NCBI RefSeq assembly: GCF_964355755.1
Contig: NC_092675.1
Coordinates: 13,424,812-13,488,811 of the forward strand
Direction of reading: 5' to 3'
From: Antedon mediterranea
Lineage: Eukaryota > Animalia > Echinodermata
DNA: 64,000 nt
Position 1 is the stretch's first letter; every line of letters begins with the position of its first letter. Below are positions 54,225 through 64,000 of the stretch, piece by piece. Under the pieces are notes generated by a model. It was given only the letters and a program-made list of their open reading frames with translations. It did no database searches and had not been told where the DNA came from. Both the position numbers and the translations under genes were made by a program.

Positions 54225-57200
54225 ATGATGGACGCCTACGGTAACAGTGAAAACTTTGCTGATGAAAACTCAATGAATCTAAGAGAACAGAGTGAGAGAC
54301 GCCCTACAGCTAAGGCCCTGTCAATTAGCATTGCTACTGAAGTAAAGCTGTTGACTCAAACTCAGAGAAAGGCTCAAGAAGCATCAAGTGAACTAGAAGA
54401 TGTTCCAAGCGACGAATTTGAGATACAAACTGCATTATGCAAAGCTAAAGCTGCATTAAAGGAATATAGTGATGCTTGGTGCGTATTGAATAAATTGTAT
54501 GCACAAGATAGAGATGGTATTCATCGCAAAGATCACCTGGAGAATGAGAACATATATCTCACCATTACCAACTCCATCCAAGCTAGTATAACAAGCGCTA
54601 TGGATAGGGCACATGCATTAGCCCTGGAGTGTCAAGCCTCAAAATCTGCAGCATCAAGGAGTTCATGTCGATCTATTGTTAGCATTAAAGCTCAAGCTGT
54701 GGCGAATGCTGCTGCAGCCAACAAAACTGCTCAATTTGCTGAAAAAATGGCTAAACAGAAAGCAGACCTTACAGCAAAGGAAGCGGAAATGGAAATTAAG
54801 AAAGCAGAAGCAAGGCTTGAAGAAATAAGGCGGGAAGCACAGCAAAGAACAGAACATGCCAAAGCTGAAGCAGAGTTCAAAGTTTTAGAGGCTAAACAAG
54901 CTGCAGCTGTAGAGAATGCACGAGTTGATGCAATTCAACAGGAAATTCAGAACGGATATGGAGAAATTATGACCACCCCACACCAAACCTCAAATGATCA
55001 TGCACTAAGGTTTCGCAACCTAACCAAACCTCAACCTCTAATGACACAGACACAAGCAACAACAGCCCAATCGACAATGCCTCAAAATCAATCTAGCAGT
55101 ACCACAGACTTAAACGCTTTAGCAGAAGCCTTTTCTTCAGCCTTCAGTATGAACCGCATACCAGCACCAGAGCCACCAATATTTGATGGCGATCCTCTTA
55201 AGTACTATGATTGGAACGCATCCTTTAGATGTTTAATCGAAAATAAAGGAATTTCTAAGGAAGACAGAATTCACTACCTTAAGAGATACATAGGAGGCCC
55301 AGCAAAGGAAGTTGTCAGTGGATACTTTCTGCTACAAGGTGAACATGCTTATGAAAACGCTAAAGCAGTTTTAGAAAAAAGATATGGAAATCCATTTATA
55401 GTTTCCGAAGCATTTAGAGACAAATTAGACAGCTGGCCAAGGATTCAAGCAAGAGATTACAATGGCCTTAGGCGACTCTCTGACTTTCTGAACCAATGCA
55501 ACATAGCAATGAGAGAAATGAAAGGCTTGGAAGTTCTTAATGACAGCAGAGAAAACCGGAAAATTCTTCAAAAATTACCAGATTGGTTAGTGAATAGATG
55601 GCGAAGAAACGCAGTGAGCGCTATGCAAATCAAGGGTAGTTATCCAACATTCAATGACTTTTCCACATTTTTGACGACCGAAGCTGAAATTGTTTGCGAT
55701 CCTGTTACCTTAATACCAGAAAATGAAACAAAATTCACAGAGAAAAGTTCAAGATATCGAAACCAATCTCAAACGCTAGCCACCAGTATCAGTGGAATGC
55801 CATCATGCTTCATGTGTAAAATGAATAACCATCACCTAATTGACTGCAGAGCGTTTGCCAGAAAACCCGATACCGAAAAACAGCAATACATCAAGCAAAA
55901 TGGTCTATGTTTCAGCTGCTTACAACATGGCCATGTGTCAAGGAACTGTAACCAGAAAAGTATTTGTAAAATTTGCCAAAGGAGACATCCAACAAGTCTC
56001 CATGTAAAGGAGAGAGATCCGGCTAACGAGATTGACGCCGCGACACAGCCGAATGTTGACGCTAAGTCTGAAGTAGTACAATCAGTAAAGACTTCAAATG
56101 TAAAGGAGAGAGATCAGGCTAACGAGATTGACGCCGAGACTCGGCTGAATGGTGACGCTAAGTCTGAAGTGGTAAAATCAGTAAAGACTTCAAACTGCAA
56201 AAATGTCCGCAGAAACACAAACAACACAATGTCTTCAATGATAGTTCCCGTCTGGATATCCAATGAACATAAACCTGAAAAGGAACATCTTGTATATGCC
56301 CTATTAGACACACAATCCGACACAACCTTTGTGCTAGAAGATACTGCAAACCAAATTGGTGCAAGTTGCGAACCAGCAACACTAAGATTGACTACGATGA
56401 CGTCTAAAAGGGAAGTCGTATCTTGCAAGAAGTATAACAACCTAATGATTAGAGGTTTCTTTGAAGAAACAAAAATTCAGCTACCAACGGCATATACTAG
56501 AGAATACATACCAGTTGACCAATCACATATTCCTACACCCGAAAAGACGAGATGTTATGCTCATCTACAAAGGATAAGTCAACAGATACCATCTAGACAA
56601 AACTGTGAAATAGGGTTGCTTATTGGGTATAACGTTCCACAGGCTCTGGCACCCATAGACCATATTTCAGGAAATGGAAATGAACCATTCGCTATCAAAA
56701 CTCAATTGGGTTGGAGTGTTGTAGGAGGAGGAGCTGAGACATCTTATGTTCCTCAAGATAAAATCGGTCACAGTCATAGAGTAATGGTGAAGGAAATTCC
56801 AAACGATCTACACTTAACGTACGAATCTAATTTGAAATCGGAACCAACCAAAGAAGTTCACTATGTCTTAAAAACAGCTGTTAAAGAAATAGTTACTCCA
56901 TTAGATGCAATAAGAGCCTTGGAGTACGACTTCACGGAGAAAGTTACAAGAGACACAGTTCTCTCTCAAGAAGACATGCAGTTTATGGATACTCTAAAAA
57001 AGGAAGTCCATATCAATGAAGACCGACATATCGAAATGCCATTACCCTTTAAAAAGAGGCCAGTATTACCGAATAACAGAATTTGTGTACTGCATCGATT
57101 GAACCACCTAAAACGACGTTTCCTGACGAATGAGAAGTACTTTGAAGATTATCAAAAATTTATGACAGAAATACTTCAAAATGGAGATGCCGAGAAAGTA

Positions 57201-60200
57201 CCAGCAAATGAAATACAAAAAGAGCCAGCATGGTACATACCTCATCACGGAATTTACCACCCTAAGAAACCCACCAAAATTCGTGTTGTCTTTGACTGCT
57301 CCGCTAACTACAAAGGTACAGCCTTGAATCAACATCTTCTTACTGGACCAGACCTAAACAACACACTCATAGGTGTACTATGCAGATTTAGACAAGAACC
57401 CATAGCCATAATGTGTGATATAGAGAGGATGTTTCACCAGTTTCATGTTAACCAGAATGACAGAAACTATCTACGCTTCTTGTGGTGGGAAGATGGAAAT
57501 CTCGAAAGGCAACCCATAGATTACAGAATGAAGGTCCACTTGTTTGGAGCCGCTTCCTCACCAGGTTGCTCTAATTTCGGACTAAAATACATGGCGGAAC
57601 ACTTTGCCGAACAACACAAACCAGAGACAGTTAACTTCATTAAGAACAACTTTTATGTAGACGATGGTCTAAAGAGCGTAGAAACTGTACCTGAAGCAGT
57701 TGAATTAATAGAAGATGCCAGAAAACTGTGTGCAAAGGGCTCACTTAGACTACATAAATTTATTTCCAACCAACGAGACGTTATGTCTACCATCCCAAAA
57801 TCAGAACAGGCTAAAGGAACCGTAGATCGAGACCTATCATTCGAAGACTTACCAGTTGAAAGGGCCCTTGGAATACAATGGTGCGTCGAGTCAGATAACT
57901 TTCAATTTAGAATCACCATGAAAGACACTCCATTGACACGCCGAGGAATTCTATCCACTGTAGCATCAATTTTCGACCCACTTGGACTTCTTGCCCCATT
58001 TACACTCAAGGGTAAGCAAATACTGCAAGAAGTGTGCAAGGAGGGAACAGACTGGGACGAAAAACTTTCCGAGGAGCTTCGTCCAAAATGGGAGAAATGG
58101 AGATTAGACCTTCCAAAGCTTGCCACCATTACGATTAATAGGTGCTTCAAACCAAAAGATTTCCAACAAAGAAAGGTCGAATTTCATCACTTTTCCGACG
58201 CAAGTAATTCTGGTTATGGGCAGTGCTCGTATATAAGACTTGAAAATGACTTCTCTGAGATTCACTGTGCGCTGATAATGGCAAAGGCCCGAGTGGCACC
58301 CAAAAAGGTTGTTAGTATTCCAAGATTAGAGCTACAAGCCGCGGTGTTGTCAACAAAAGTCAGTACCATTCTATATCAAGAACTAGAATATAAAAATTCA
58401 GCACACTACTTCTGGACTGACTCGAAGGTAGTACTTGGTTATGTCAGAAACGAAGCCAGACGTTTCCATGTGTACGTAGCTAATCGCGTCCAACGCATTA
58501 GAGATACCACAAATCCTGAACAATGGAACTACATATCTACGAATGAGAATCCAGCCGACCATGCTTCAAGAGGTCTTGGAGCAAAGGACTTACAGACATC
58601 CAACTGGTTTCAAGGACCAAAACTCCTTTGGAAATGCGGAAATATAGTGGAAAATAATCAAAAATTTGACGTATCTTCCAACGATCCGGAAGTAAACCAA
58701 GCTAGCGTGCTTGCGATAAATTCCACTGAAGAAAATTGCTTGCTAAATCGTGTAGAACGTTTTTCCGATTATAAGAGAGCAGTTACAGGAGTTGCCGCTC
58801 TTAAGAAATTCATCAAAACAAGAAAAACCAAAAATCATTATACCATTACCTCTGTAGAAGACAGAATCGAAGCTGAAAAGACCATCATCAAAATGGTCCA
58901 ACATAAGTTCTTCAAAAAAGACATCGACCAACTCTACAAGCAATCTTCCAAGTGCACAGGCAATCTTGCGAAGTTAGACCCGTACATAGATGTTGACGGA
59001 TTACTGCGAGTTGGTGGTCGCCTGAAACGAGCCACCTCTCTAGATATGGGTGTTAAACATCCTGCAATATTGCCAAAAAGAAGCCATGTAACACATTTAA
59101 TAATTAAACACTACCATGAGAAAACAGCCCATCAAGGAAGAGGCTTTACGACCAATGCAGTTAGATCCAATGGATTTTGGATAGTTGGAATAAGTTCAGC
59201 TGTATCAAGCCATATCTACAAGTGTGTTCAATGCAGAAAATTACGTGGGCGTAATCAAGACCAAAAAATGGCAAACTTACCAAATGAAAGATTGGAACCA
59301 ACCCCTCCGTTTACATATACTGGGTTTGACTGTTTTGGACCATTTTTGGTTAAGGAGGGAAGAAGAGAATTAAAAAGGTATGGATTGTTATTCACATGTA
59401 TGGCATCAAGAGCCATTCATATAGAGATGCTCGACGACATGACAACAGACGCCTTTATCAACGCTCTTAGATGCTTCATTGCTATACGTGGCAATGTTCG
59501 TCAATTTCGTTGTGATCAAGGCAGTAACTTTATGGGAGCACAACATGAGCTCACAAAGGCCTTTAAGGAGATTAAAGAAGATAAGGTGCGAAAGTTCCTA
59601 GCAGATCAAAACTGTAACTTCTTTTCTAATGTTCCTTCCGCCAGTCATATGGGAGGCATTTGGGAAAGACAAATAAGAACAATCCGTAACGTTCTCTATT
59701 CCATTCTTAATCAATACAAGTCAAGATTAGATAGCACGTCTCTCCGTACATTCCTGTACGAAACGATGGCTATCGTCAATAGTAGACCTCTAACAACCGA
59801 AAATCTAAATGATCCACATGGACCCGAAGCCTTAACTCCGAACCAGCTACTCACAATGAAATCGAAAATCGTTTTTCCACCGCCTGGGTTCTTTGTCAAG
59901 GAAGACGTATATGCATTAAGAAGATGGCGTCGAGTTCAGTTTCTGGCCAATGAATTTTGGTCAAGATGGAAAAAGGAATATTTGACCAACCTTCAATCGA
60001 GAGCTAAGTGGAACCAAGTACGCCGAAACCTTGAGATAGGAGACATAGTACTACTAAAAGAAGAACATTTGATACGCGGAGACTGGAAATTGGCCAGAAT
60101 ATCTGAATTAATGCCAAGTGAGGACGGACTAGTGAGAAAAGTTAGGTTAATTGTTGCAGACACAAATATCGATAATGATGGAAAACGGTTGAAACGCGCA

Positions 60201-60260
60201 ACATATTTGGAAAGGCCAATTCATAAACTAACCTTGATTTTAGAAAATACAAACTGTTAA
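54225..60260 (+). CDS. BEL/Pao gag-pol polyprotein, 2011 aa (true start may be the ATG at 54273)
   Basis: Uninterrupted ORF. Ala/Glu/Lys-rich coiled-coil-like N-terminus; Gag core starting PAPEPPIFDGD (DUF1759-like, ~55155); knuckles CFMC..H....C, CFSC....H....C and CKIC...H....H (55806-56003); aspartic protease ALLDTQS (D at 56307); RT FYVDD (57654); RNase H FSDAS (58197), RLELQAA and FWTDS; integrase HHCC plus D(59328), D(59514), E(59664); C-terminal RWRRVQ..FWSRW..EYL and RPIHKL (DUF5641-like). Confidence 0.96.
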   Translation: MMDAYGNSENFADENSMNLREQSERRPTAKALSISIATEVKLLTQTQRKAQEASSELEDVPSDEFEIQTALCKAKAALKEYSDAWCVLNKLYAQDRDGIHRKDHLENENIYLTITNSIQASITSAMDRAHALALECQASKSAASRSSCRSIVSIKAQAVANAAAANKTAQFAEKMAKQKADLTAKEAEMEIKKAEARLEEIRREAQQRTEHAKAEAEFKVLEAKQAAAVENARVDAIQQEIQNGYGEIMTTPHQTSNDHALRFRNLTKPQPLMTQTQATTAQSTMPQNQSSSTTDLNALAEAFSSAFSMNRIPAPEPPIFDGDPLKYYDWNASFRCLIENKGISKEDRIHYLKRYIGGPAKEVVSGYFLLQGEHAYENAKAVLEKRYGNPFIVSEAFRDKLDSWPRIQARDYNGLRRLSDFLNQCNIAMREMKGLEVLNDSRENRKILQKLPDWLVNRWRRNAVSAMQIKGSYPTFNDFSTFLTTEAEIVCDPVTLIPENETKFTEKSSRYRNQSQTLATSISGMPSCFMCKMNNHHLIDCRAFARKPDTEKQQYIKQNGLCFSCLQHGHVSRNCNQKSICKICQRRHPTSLHVKERDPANEIDAATQPNVDAKSEVVQSVKTSNVKERDQANEIDAETRLNGDAKSEVVKSVKTSNCKNVRRNTNNTMSSMIVPVWISNEHKPEKEHLVYALLDTQSDTTFVLEDTANQIGASCEPATLRLTTMTSKREVVSCKKYNNLMIRGFFEETKIQLPTAYTREYIPVDQSHIPTPEKTRCYAHLQRISQQIPSRQNCEIGLLIGYNVPQALAPIDHISGNGNEPFAIKTQLGWSVVGGGAETSYVPQDKIGHSHRVMVKEIPNDLHLTYESNLKSEPTKEVHYVLKTAVKEIVTPLDAIRALEYDFTEKVTRDTVLSQEDMQFMDTLKKEVHINEDRHIEMPLPFKKRPVLPNNRICVLHRLNHLKRRFLTNEKYFEDYQKFMTEILQNGDAEKVPANEIQKEPAWYIPHHGIYHPKKPTKIRVVFDCSANYKGTALNQHLLTGPDLNNTLIGVLCRFRQEPIAIMCDIERMFHQFHVNQNDRNYLRFLWWEDGNLERQPIDYRMKVHLFGAASSPGCSNFGLKYMAEHFAEQHKPETVNFIKNNFYVDDGLKSVETVPEAVELIEDARKLCAKGSLRLHKFISNQRDVMSTIPKSEQAKGTVDRDLSFEDLPVERALGIQWCVESDNFQFRITMKDTPLTRRGILSTVASIFDPLGLLAPFTLKGKQILQEVCKEGTDWDEKLSEELRPKWEKWRLDLPKLATITINRCFKPKDFQQRKVEFHHFSDASNSGYGQCSYIRLENDFSEIHCALIMAKARVAPKKVVSIPRLELQAAVLSTKVSTILYQELEYKNSAHYFWTDSKVVLGYVRNEARRFHVYVANRVQRIRDTTNPEQWNYISTNENPADHASRGLGAKDLQTSNWFQGPKLLWKCGNIVENNQKFDVSSNDPEVNQASVLAINSTEENCLLNRVERFSDYKRAVTGVAALKKFIKTRKTKNHYTITSVEDRIEAEKTIIKMVQHKFFKKDIDQLYKQSSKCTGNLAKLDPYIDVDGLLRVGGRLKRATSLDMGVKHPAILPKRSHVTHLIIKHYHEKTAHQGRGFTTNAVRSNGFWIVGISSAVSSHIYKCVQCRKLRGRNQDQKMANLPNERLEPTPPFTYTGFDCFGPFLVKEGRRELKRYGLLFTCMASRAIHIEMLDDMTTDAFINALRCFIAIRGNVRQFRCDQGSNFMGAQHELTKAFKEIKEDKVRKFLADQNCNFFSNVPSASHMGGIWERQIRTIRNVLYSILNQYKSRLDSTSLRTFLYETMAIVNSRPLTTENLNDPHGPEALTPNQLLTMKSKIVFPPPGFFVKEDVYALRRWRRVQFLANEFWSRWKKEYLTNLQSRAKWNQVRRNLEIGDIVLLKEEHLIRGDWKLARISELMPSEDGLVRKVRLIVADTNIDNDGKRLKRATYLERPIHKLTLILENTNC
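54247..54255 (+). other. Non-canonical primer-binding site (GTGAAAACT)
   Basis: Occupies the PBS position directly after the LTR-terminal CA. It lacks the TGG needed to pair with a tRNA CCA end and is complementary to 54110-54118. Confidence 0.6.
56002..56193 (+). repeat. In-frame 96-bp tandem duplication (2 x 32 aa) between the Gag knuckles and the protease
   Basis: ATGTAAAGGAGAGAGATC starts at 56002 and 56098. I count 8 mismatches in 96 bp. Protein: VKERDPANEIDAATQPNVDAKSEVVQSVKTSN / VKERDQANEIDAETRLNGDAKSEVVKSVKTSN. Confidence 0.95.
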
Positions 60261-60368
60261 CTTATTCTTTCAATAGTTTTGGTAAATATTGTTAAGGTAC
60301 TTCCAGTTTTGCATTGCTTGTGTTTATTCTGGCACGGGTGGAAGTTTAGGTTAAATCATAGATGATTT

Positions 60369-60377
60369 GGGTGGGAG
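60369..60377 (+). other. Polypurine tract (GGGTGGGAG)
   Basis: G-rich tract abutting the TG of the 3' LTR, the position expected for plus-strand priming. Confidence 0.85.
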
Positions 60378-60868
60378 TGTAACTGCAGCCTACTTACAGG
60401 AGGCCCTCTAGAGCTCAGATAGATAAAAAGTGATAAGAGAGAATAAGACATTTTTTATGACATAAAGTTTAGAGATAATCATTGTTAAAAGTATCTTTAC
60501 CATAGGCTCCAATAAGGCTACAAGGTATTTATACATGGTTATTCATGTGATTGTAATTATAACTTATGACTTGTATTTTTAATTAGTTGAGTTTTACTTC
60601 ATTGCTGAGAGCTAGCCCTAGGCCTTAGGGTACCATGTTCCCCGGCCCCATGAGTCAGACCTGTGCTTGTCTGCCTGTACGATGATGATATGATTAGGCC
60701 TACATTGTAATGCTAATCTTTGTTTTATTATAGTTTTCACGGTGTTTATTCAAGTTGCTAATGATACTGTAATTTGTAGAGATACAAGAGATAGTTCAGA
60801 GAATAAATAAAGGAACATCAGTATCTACAAAATTTGTAATTTATTTATGATGGACGCCTACGGTAACA
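60378..60868 (+). repeat. 3' LTR (491 bp)
   Basis: No difference from the 5' LTR found on a by-eye comparison (offset 6622). Confidence 0.97.
60802..60811 (+). terminator. Overlapping AATAAA poly(A) signals (AATAAATAAA) in the 3' LTR; copy at 54180-54189
   Basis: Two overlapping AATAAA hexamers about 60 nt before the LTR end, followed by T/GT-rich sequence (TTTGTAATTTATTT). Confidence 0.7.
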
Positions 60869-60873
60869 TCGTA
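60869..60873 (+). other. Target-site duplication, right copy (TCGTA)
   Basis: Matches 53751-53755. Confidence 0.95.
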
Positions 60874-63800
60874 TTTAAAAATGTTTTAGACCATTTTGAG
60901 CATTTAGATAAAACTTTTTCACACAAAACACCAAAGTGCTTAGAATAGCTTCAAATCGCATTTGGAGACGGTTTAGACCATTTTGTGATTTTGAAAAAAC
61001 TTGTTAACATAAAAACACCAAAGTGCTTAGAATAGCTTCAAATCGCATTTGGAGACGTTTTAGACCATTTTGTGATTTTCGAAAAAACTTGTTAACATAA
61101 AAACACCAAAGGGCTTAGAATAGCTTCAAATCGTATTTGGAGACGTTTTAGACCATTTTGAGATTTTCGAAAAAACTTGGTTACACAAAAACATCAAAGT
61201 GCTTAAAATCACATTATAAACCGTTTTAGACCATTTTGAGCATTTCGATAACACTTTCACACAAAAACATCAAAGAGCACAAAATAGCTTAATATCGTAT
61301 TTAAAAACGTTTTAGACCATTTTGAGCATTTCGACAAAACTTTTTCACACAAAACACCAAAGTGCTTAGAATAGCTTCAAATCGCATTTGGAGACGTTTT
61401 AGACCAATTTGTGCATTTCGATGAAACTTGATTACACAAAAACTTCAAAGTGCTTAAAATCACATTATAAACCGTTTTAGACCATTTTGAGCATTTCGAT
61501 AACACTTTTCACACAAAAACATCAAAGAGCACAAAATAGCTTAATATCGTATTTAAAAACGTTTTAGACCATTTTGAGCATTTAGACAAAACTTTTTCAC
61601 ACAAAACACCAAAGTGCTTAGAATAGCTTCAAATCGCATTTGGAGACGTTTTAGACCATTTTGTGCATTTCGAAGGAACTTGGTTACACAAAAACATCAA
61701 AGTGCTTAAAATCACATTATAAATCGTTTTAGACCATTTTGAGCATTTCGACAAAACTTTTTCACACAAAATACAAAAGTGCTTAGAATAGCTTCAAATC
61801 GCATTTGGAGACGTTTTAGACCATTTTGTGATTTTCGAAAAAACTTTTTAACATAAAAACACCAAAGTGCTTAGAATAGCTTCAAATCACATTTGGAGAC
61901 GTTTTAGACCATTTTGTGATTTTCGAAAAAACTTGTTAACATAAAAACACGAAAGTGCTTAGAATAGCTTCAAATCGCATTTGGAGACGTTTTAGACCAT
62001 TTTGTGATTTTTGAAAAAACTTGTTAACATAAAAACACCAAAGTGCTTAGAATAGCTTCAAATCACATTTGGAGATGTTTTAGACCATTTTGTGATTTTT
62101 GAAAAAACTTGTTAACATAAAAACACGAAAGTGCTTAGAATAGCTTCAAATCACATTTGGAGACGTTTTAGACCTTTTTGTGATTTTTGAAAAAACTTGT
62201 TAACATAAAAACACGAAAGTGCTTAGAATAGCTTCAAATCGCATTTGGAAACGTTTTAGACCATTTTGTGATTTTCGAAAAAGATTGTTAACATAAAAAC
62301 ACCAATGTGCTTAGAATCACATTATAAACCGTTTTAGACCATTTTGAGCATTTCGATAACAATTTTCACACAAAAACATCAAAGAGCACAAAATAGCTTA
62401 ATATCGTATTTATAAATGTTTTAGACCATTTTGAGCATTTCGACAAAACTTTTTCACACAAAACACCAAAGTGCTTAGAATAGCTTCAAATCGCATTTGG
62501 AGACGTTTTTTTATACCATTTTGTGATTTCGATGAAACTTGATTACACAAAAACATCAAAGTGCTTAAAATCACATTATAAACCGTTTTAGACCATTTTG
62601 AGCATTTCGATAACACTTTTCACACAAAAACATCAAAGAGCACAAAATAGCTTAATATCGTATTTAAAAACGTTTTAGACCATTTTGAGCTTTTAGACAA
62701 AACTTTTTCACACAAAACACCAAAGTGCTTAGAATAGCTTCAAATCGCATTTGGAGACGTTTTAGAACATTTTGTGTTTTTCGAAAAAAACTGTTAACAT
62801 AAAAACACCAAAGTGCTTAGAATAGCTTCAAATCGCATTTGGAGACGTTTTAGAACATTTTGTGTTCTTCGAAAAAACCTGTTAACATAAAAACACCAAA
62901 GTGCTTAGAATAGCTTCAAATCGCATTTGGAGACGTTTTAGACCATTTTGTGATTTTTGAAAAAACCTGTTAACATAAAAACACCAAAGTGCTTAGAATA
63001 GCTTCAAATCACATTTGGAGACGTTTTAGACCATTTTGTGATTTTCGAAAAAACTTGTTAACATAAAAACACGAAAGTGCTTAGAATAGCTTCAAATCGC
63101 ATTTGGAAACGTTTTAGACCATTTTGTGATTTTCGAAAAAAATTGTTAACATAAAAACACCAAAGTGCTTAGAATCACAATATAAACCGTTTTAGACCAT
63201 TTTGAGCATTTCGATAACAATTTTCACACAAAAACATCAAAGAGCACAAAATAGCTTAATATCGTATTTAAAAATGTTTTAGACCATTTTGAGCATTTAG
63301 ATAAAACTTTTTCACACAAAACACCAAAGTGCTTAGAATAGCTTCAAATCGCATTTGGAGACGGTTTAGACCATTTTGTGATTTTGAAAAAACTTGTTAA
63401 CATAAAAACACCAAAGTGCTTAGAATAGCTTCAAATCGCATTTGGAGACGTTTTAGACCATTTTGTGATTTTCGAAAAAACTTGTTAACATAAAAACACC
63501 AAAGTGCTTAGAATAGCTTCAAATCGTATTTGGAGACGTTTTAGACCATCTTGAGATTTTCGAAAAAACTTGGTTACACAAAAACATCAAAGTGCTTAAA
63601 ATCACATTATAAACCGTTTTAGACCATTTTGAACATTTCGATAACACTTTTCACACAAAAACATCAAAGAGCACAAAATAGCTTAATATCGTATTTAAAA
63701 ACGTTTTAGACCATTTTGAGCATTTCGACAAAACTTTTTCACACAAAAACATCAAAGAGCACAAAATAGCTTAATATCGTATTTAAAAACGTTTTAGACC

Positions 63801-64000
63801 ATTTTGAGCATTTAGACAAAACTTTTTCACACAAAACACCAAAGTGCTTAGAATAGCTTCAAATCGCATTTGGAGACGTTTTAGACCATTTTGTGCATTT
63901 CGATGAAACTTGGTTACACAAAAACATCAAAGTGCTTAAAATCACATTATAAATCGTTTTAGACCCTTTTGAGCATTTCGACAAAACTTTTTCACACAAA
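60869..64000. repeat. Satellite DNA array (right arm), same family and orientation; continues beyond the window end
   Basis: Resumes in exact register within the interrupted 87-bp monomer and shows the same monomer types. Confidence 0.98.

Larger units (their letters stand above)
53756..54246 (+). repeat. 5' LTR (491 bp)
   Basis: Runs TGTAACTGCAGCC...GCCTACGGTAACA and is directly repeated at 60378-60868. Termini form an imperfect inverted repeat (TGTAACTG vs reverse complement TGTTACCG). Confidence 0.97.
53756..60868 (+). mobile_element. Full-length BEL/Pao (Belpaoviridae-type) LTR retrotransposon, 7113 bp
   Basis: TG...CA termini, two 491-bp direct LTRs, 5-bp TSD and a PPT. The single ORF has the order Gag (three Cys/His knuckles)-PR-RT-RNase H-IN, with BEL/Pao-typical motifs (YIPHH, RVVFD, GPDL, YVDD, FSDAS, IPRLEL, NPAD..SRG, GGIWER). 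Confidence 0.97.

Noticed and set aside
54247-54253. Satellite TTTTCAC is complementary to the PBS start GTGAAAA (satellite RNA as primer or targeting guide); the LTR end CGGTAACA also matches a rare satellite variant at 8643
   Set aside because: Only 7-8 nt in AT-rich sequence. The element's own LTR gives a longer match, and the insertion site is not at these motifs.
54663-59899. Short antisense ORFs inside gag-pol
   Set aside because: They are 62-108 aa shadows of the long sense ORF with no recognisable motifs.
60847-60948. ATG in the 3' LTR reading into the satellite (about 33 codons)
   Set aside because: An incidental consequence of the LTR ATG; short and composed of satellite sequence.
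29121-62616. Short minus-strand ORFs in the satellite (29121, 39985, 40554, 41532, 52595, 62410; KCSKWSKT-type peptides)
   Set aside because: They are translations of satellite monomers where chance indels remove stops. There is no independent coding signal.

Overview
Eukaryotic (probably animal) heterochromatic or centromere-type sequence. About 57 kb is one head-to-tail AT-rich satellite array of related 88-, 87- and 78-bp monomers, organised into nested higher-order duplications, with no inversion seen. The array is interrupted once by a full-length, apparently intact 7113-bp BEL/Pao LTR retrotransposon (53756-60868). It has two 491-bp LTRs that look identical by eye, a 5-bp target-site duplication (TCGTA) and a single 2011-aa gag-pol ORF with no env. 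The most notable signal is that the element has no tRNA-type primer-binding site. Instead, the 9 nt immediately after the 5' LTR (GTGAAAACT) are the exact reverse complement of AGTTTTCAC inside its own LTR, the geometry of Tf1-type self-priming. That motif also overlaps a consensus-like 3' splice acceptor. All comparisons and offsets were made by eye, and the host species cannot be determined.
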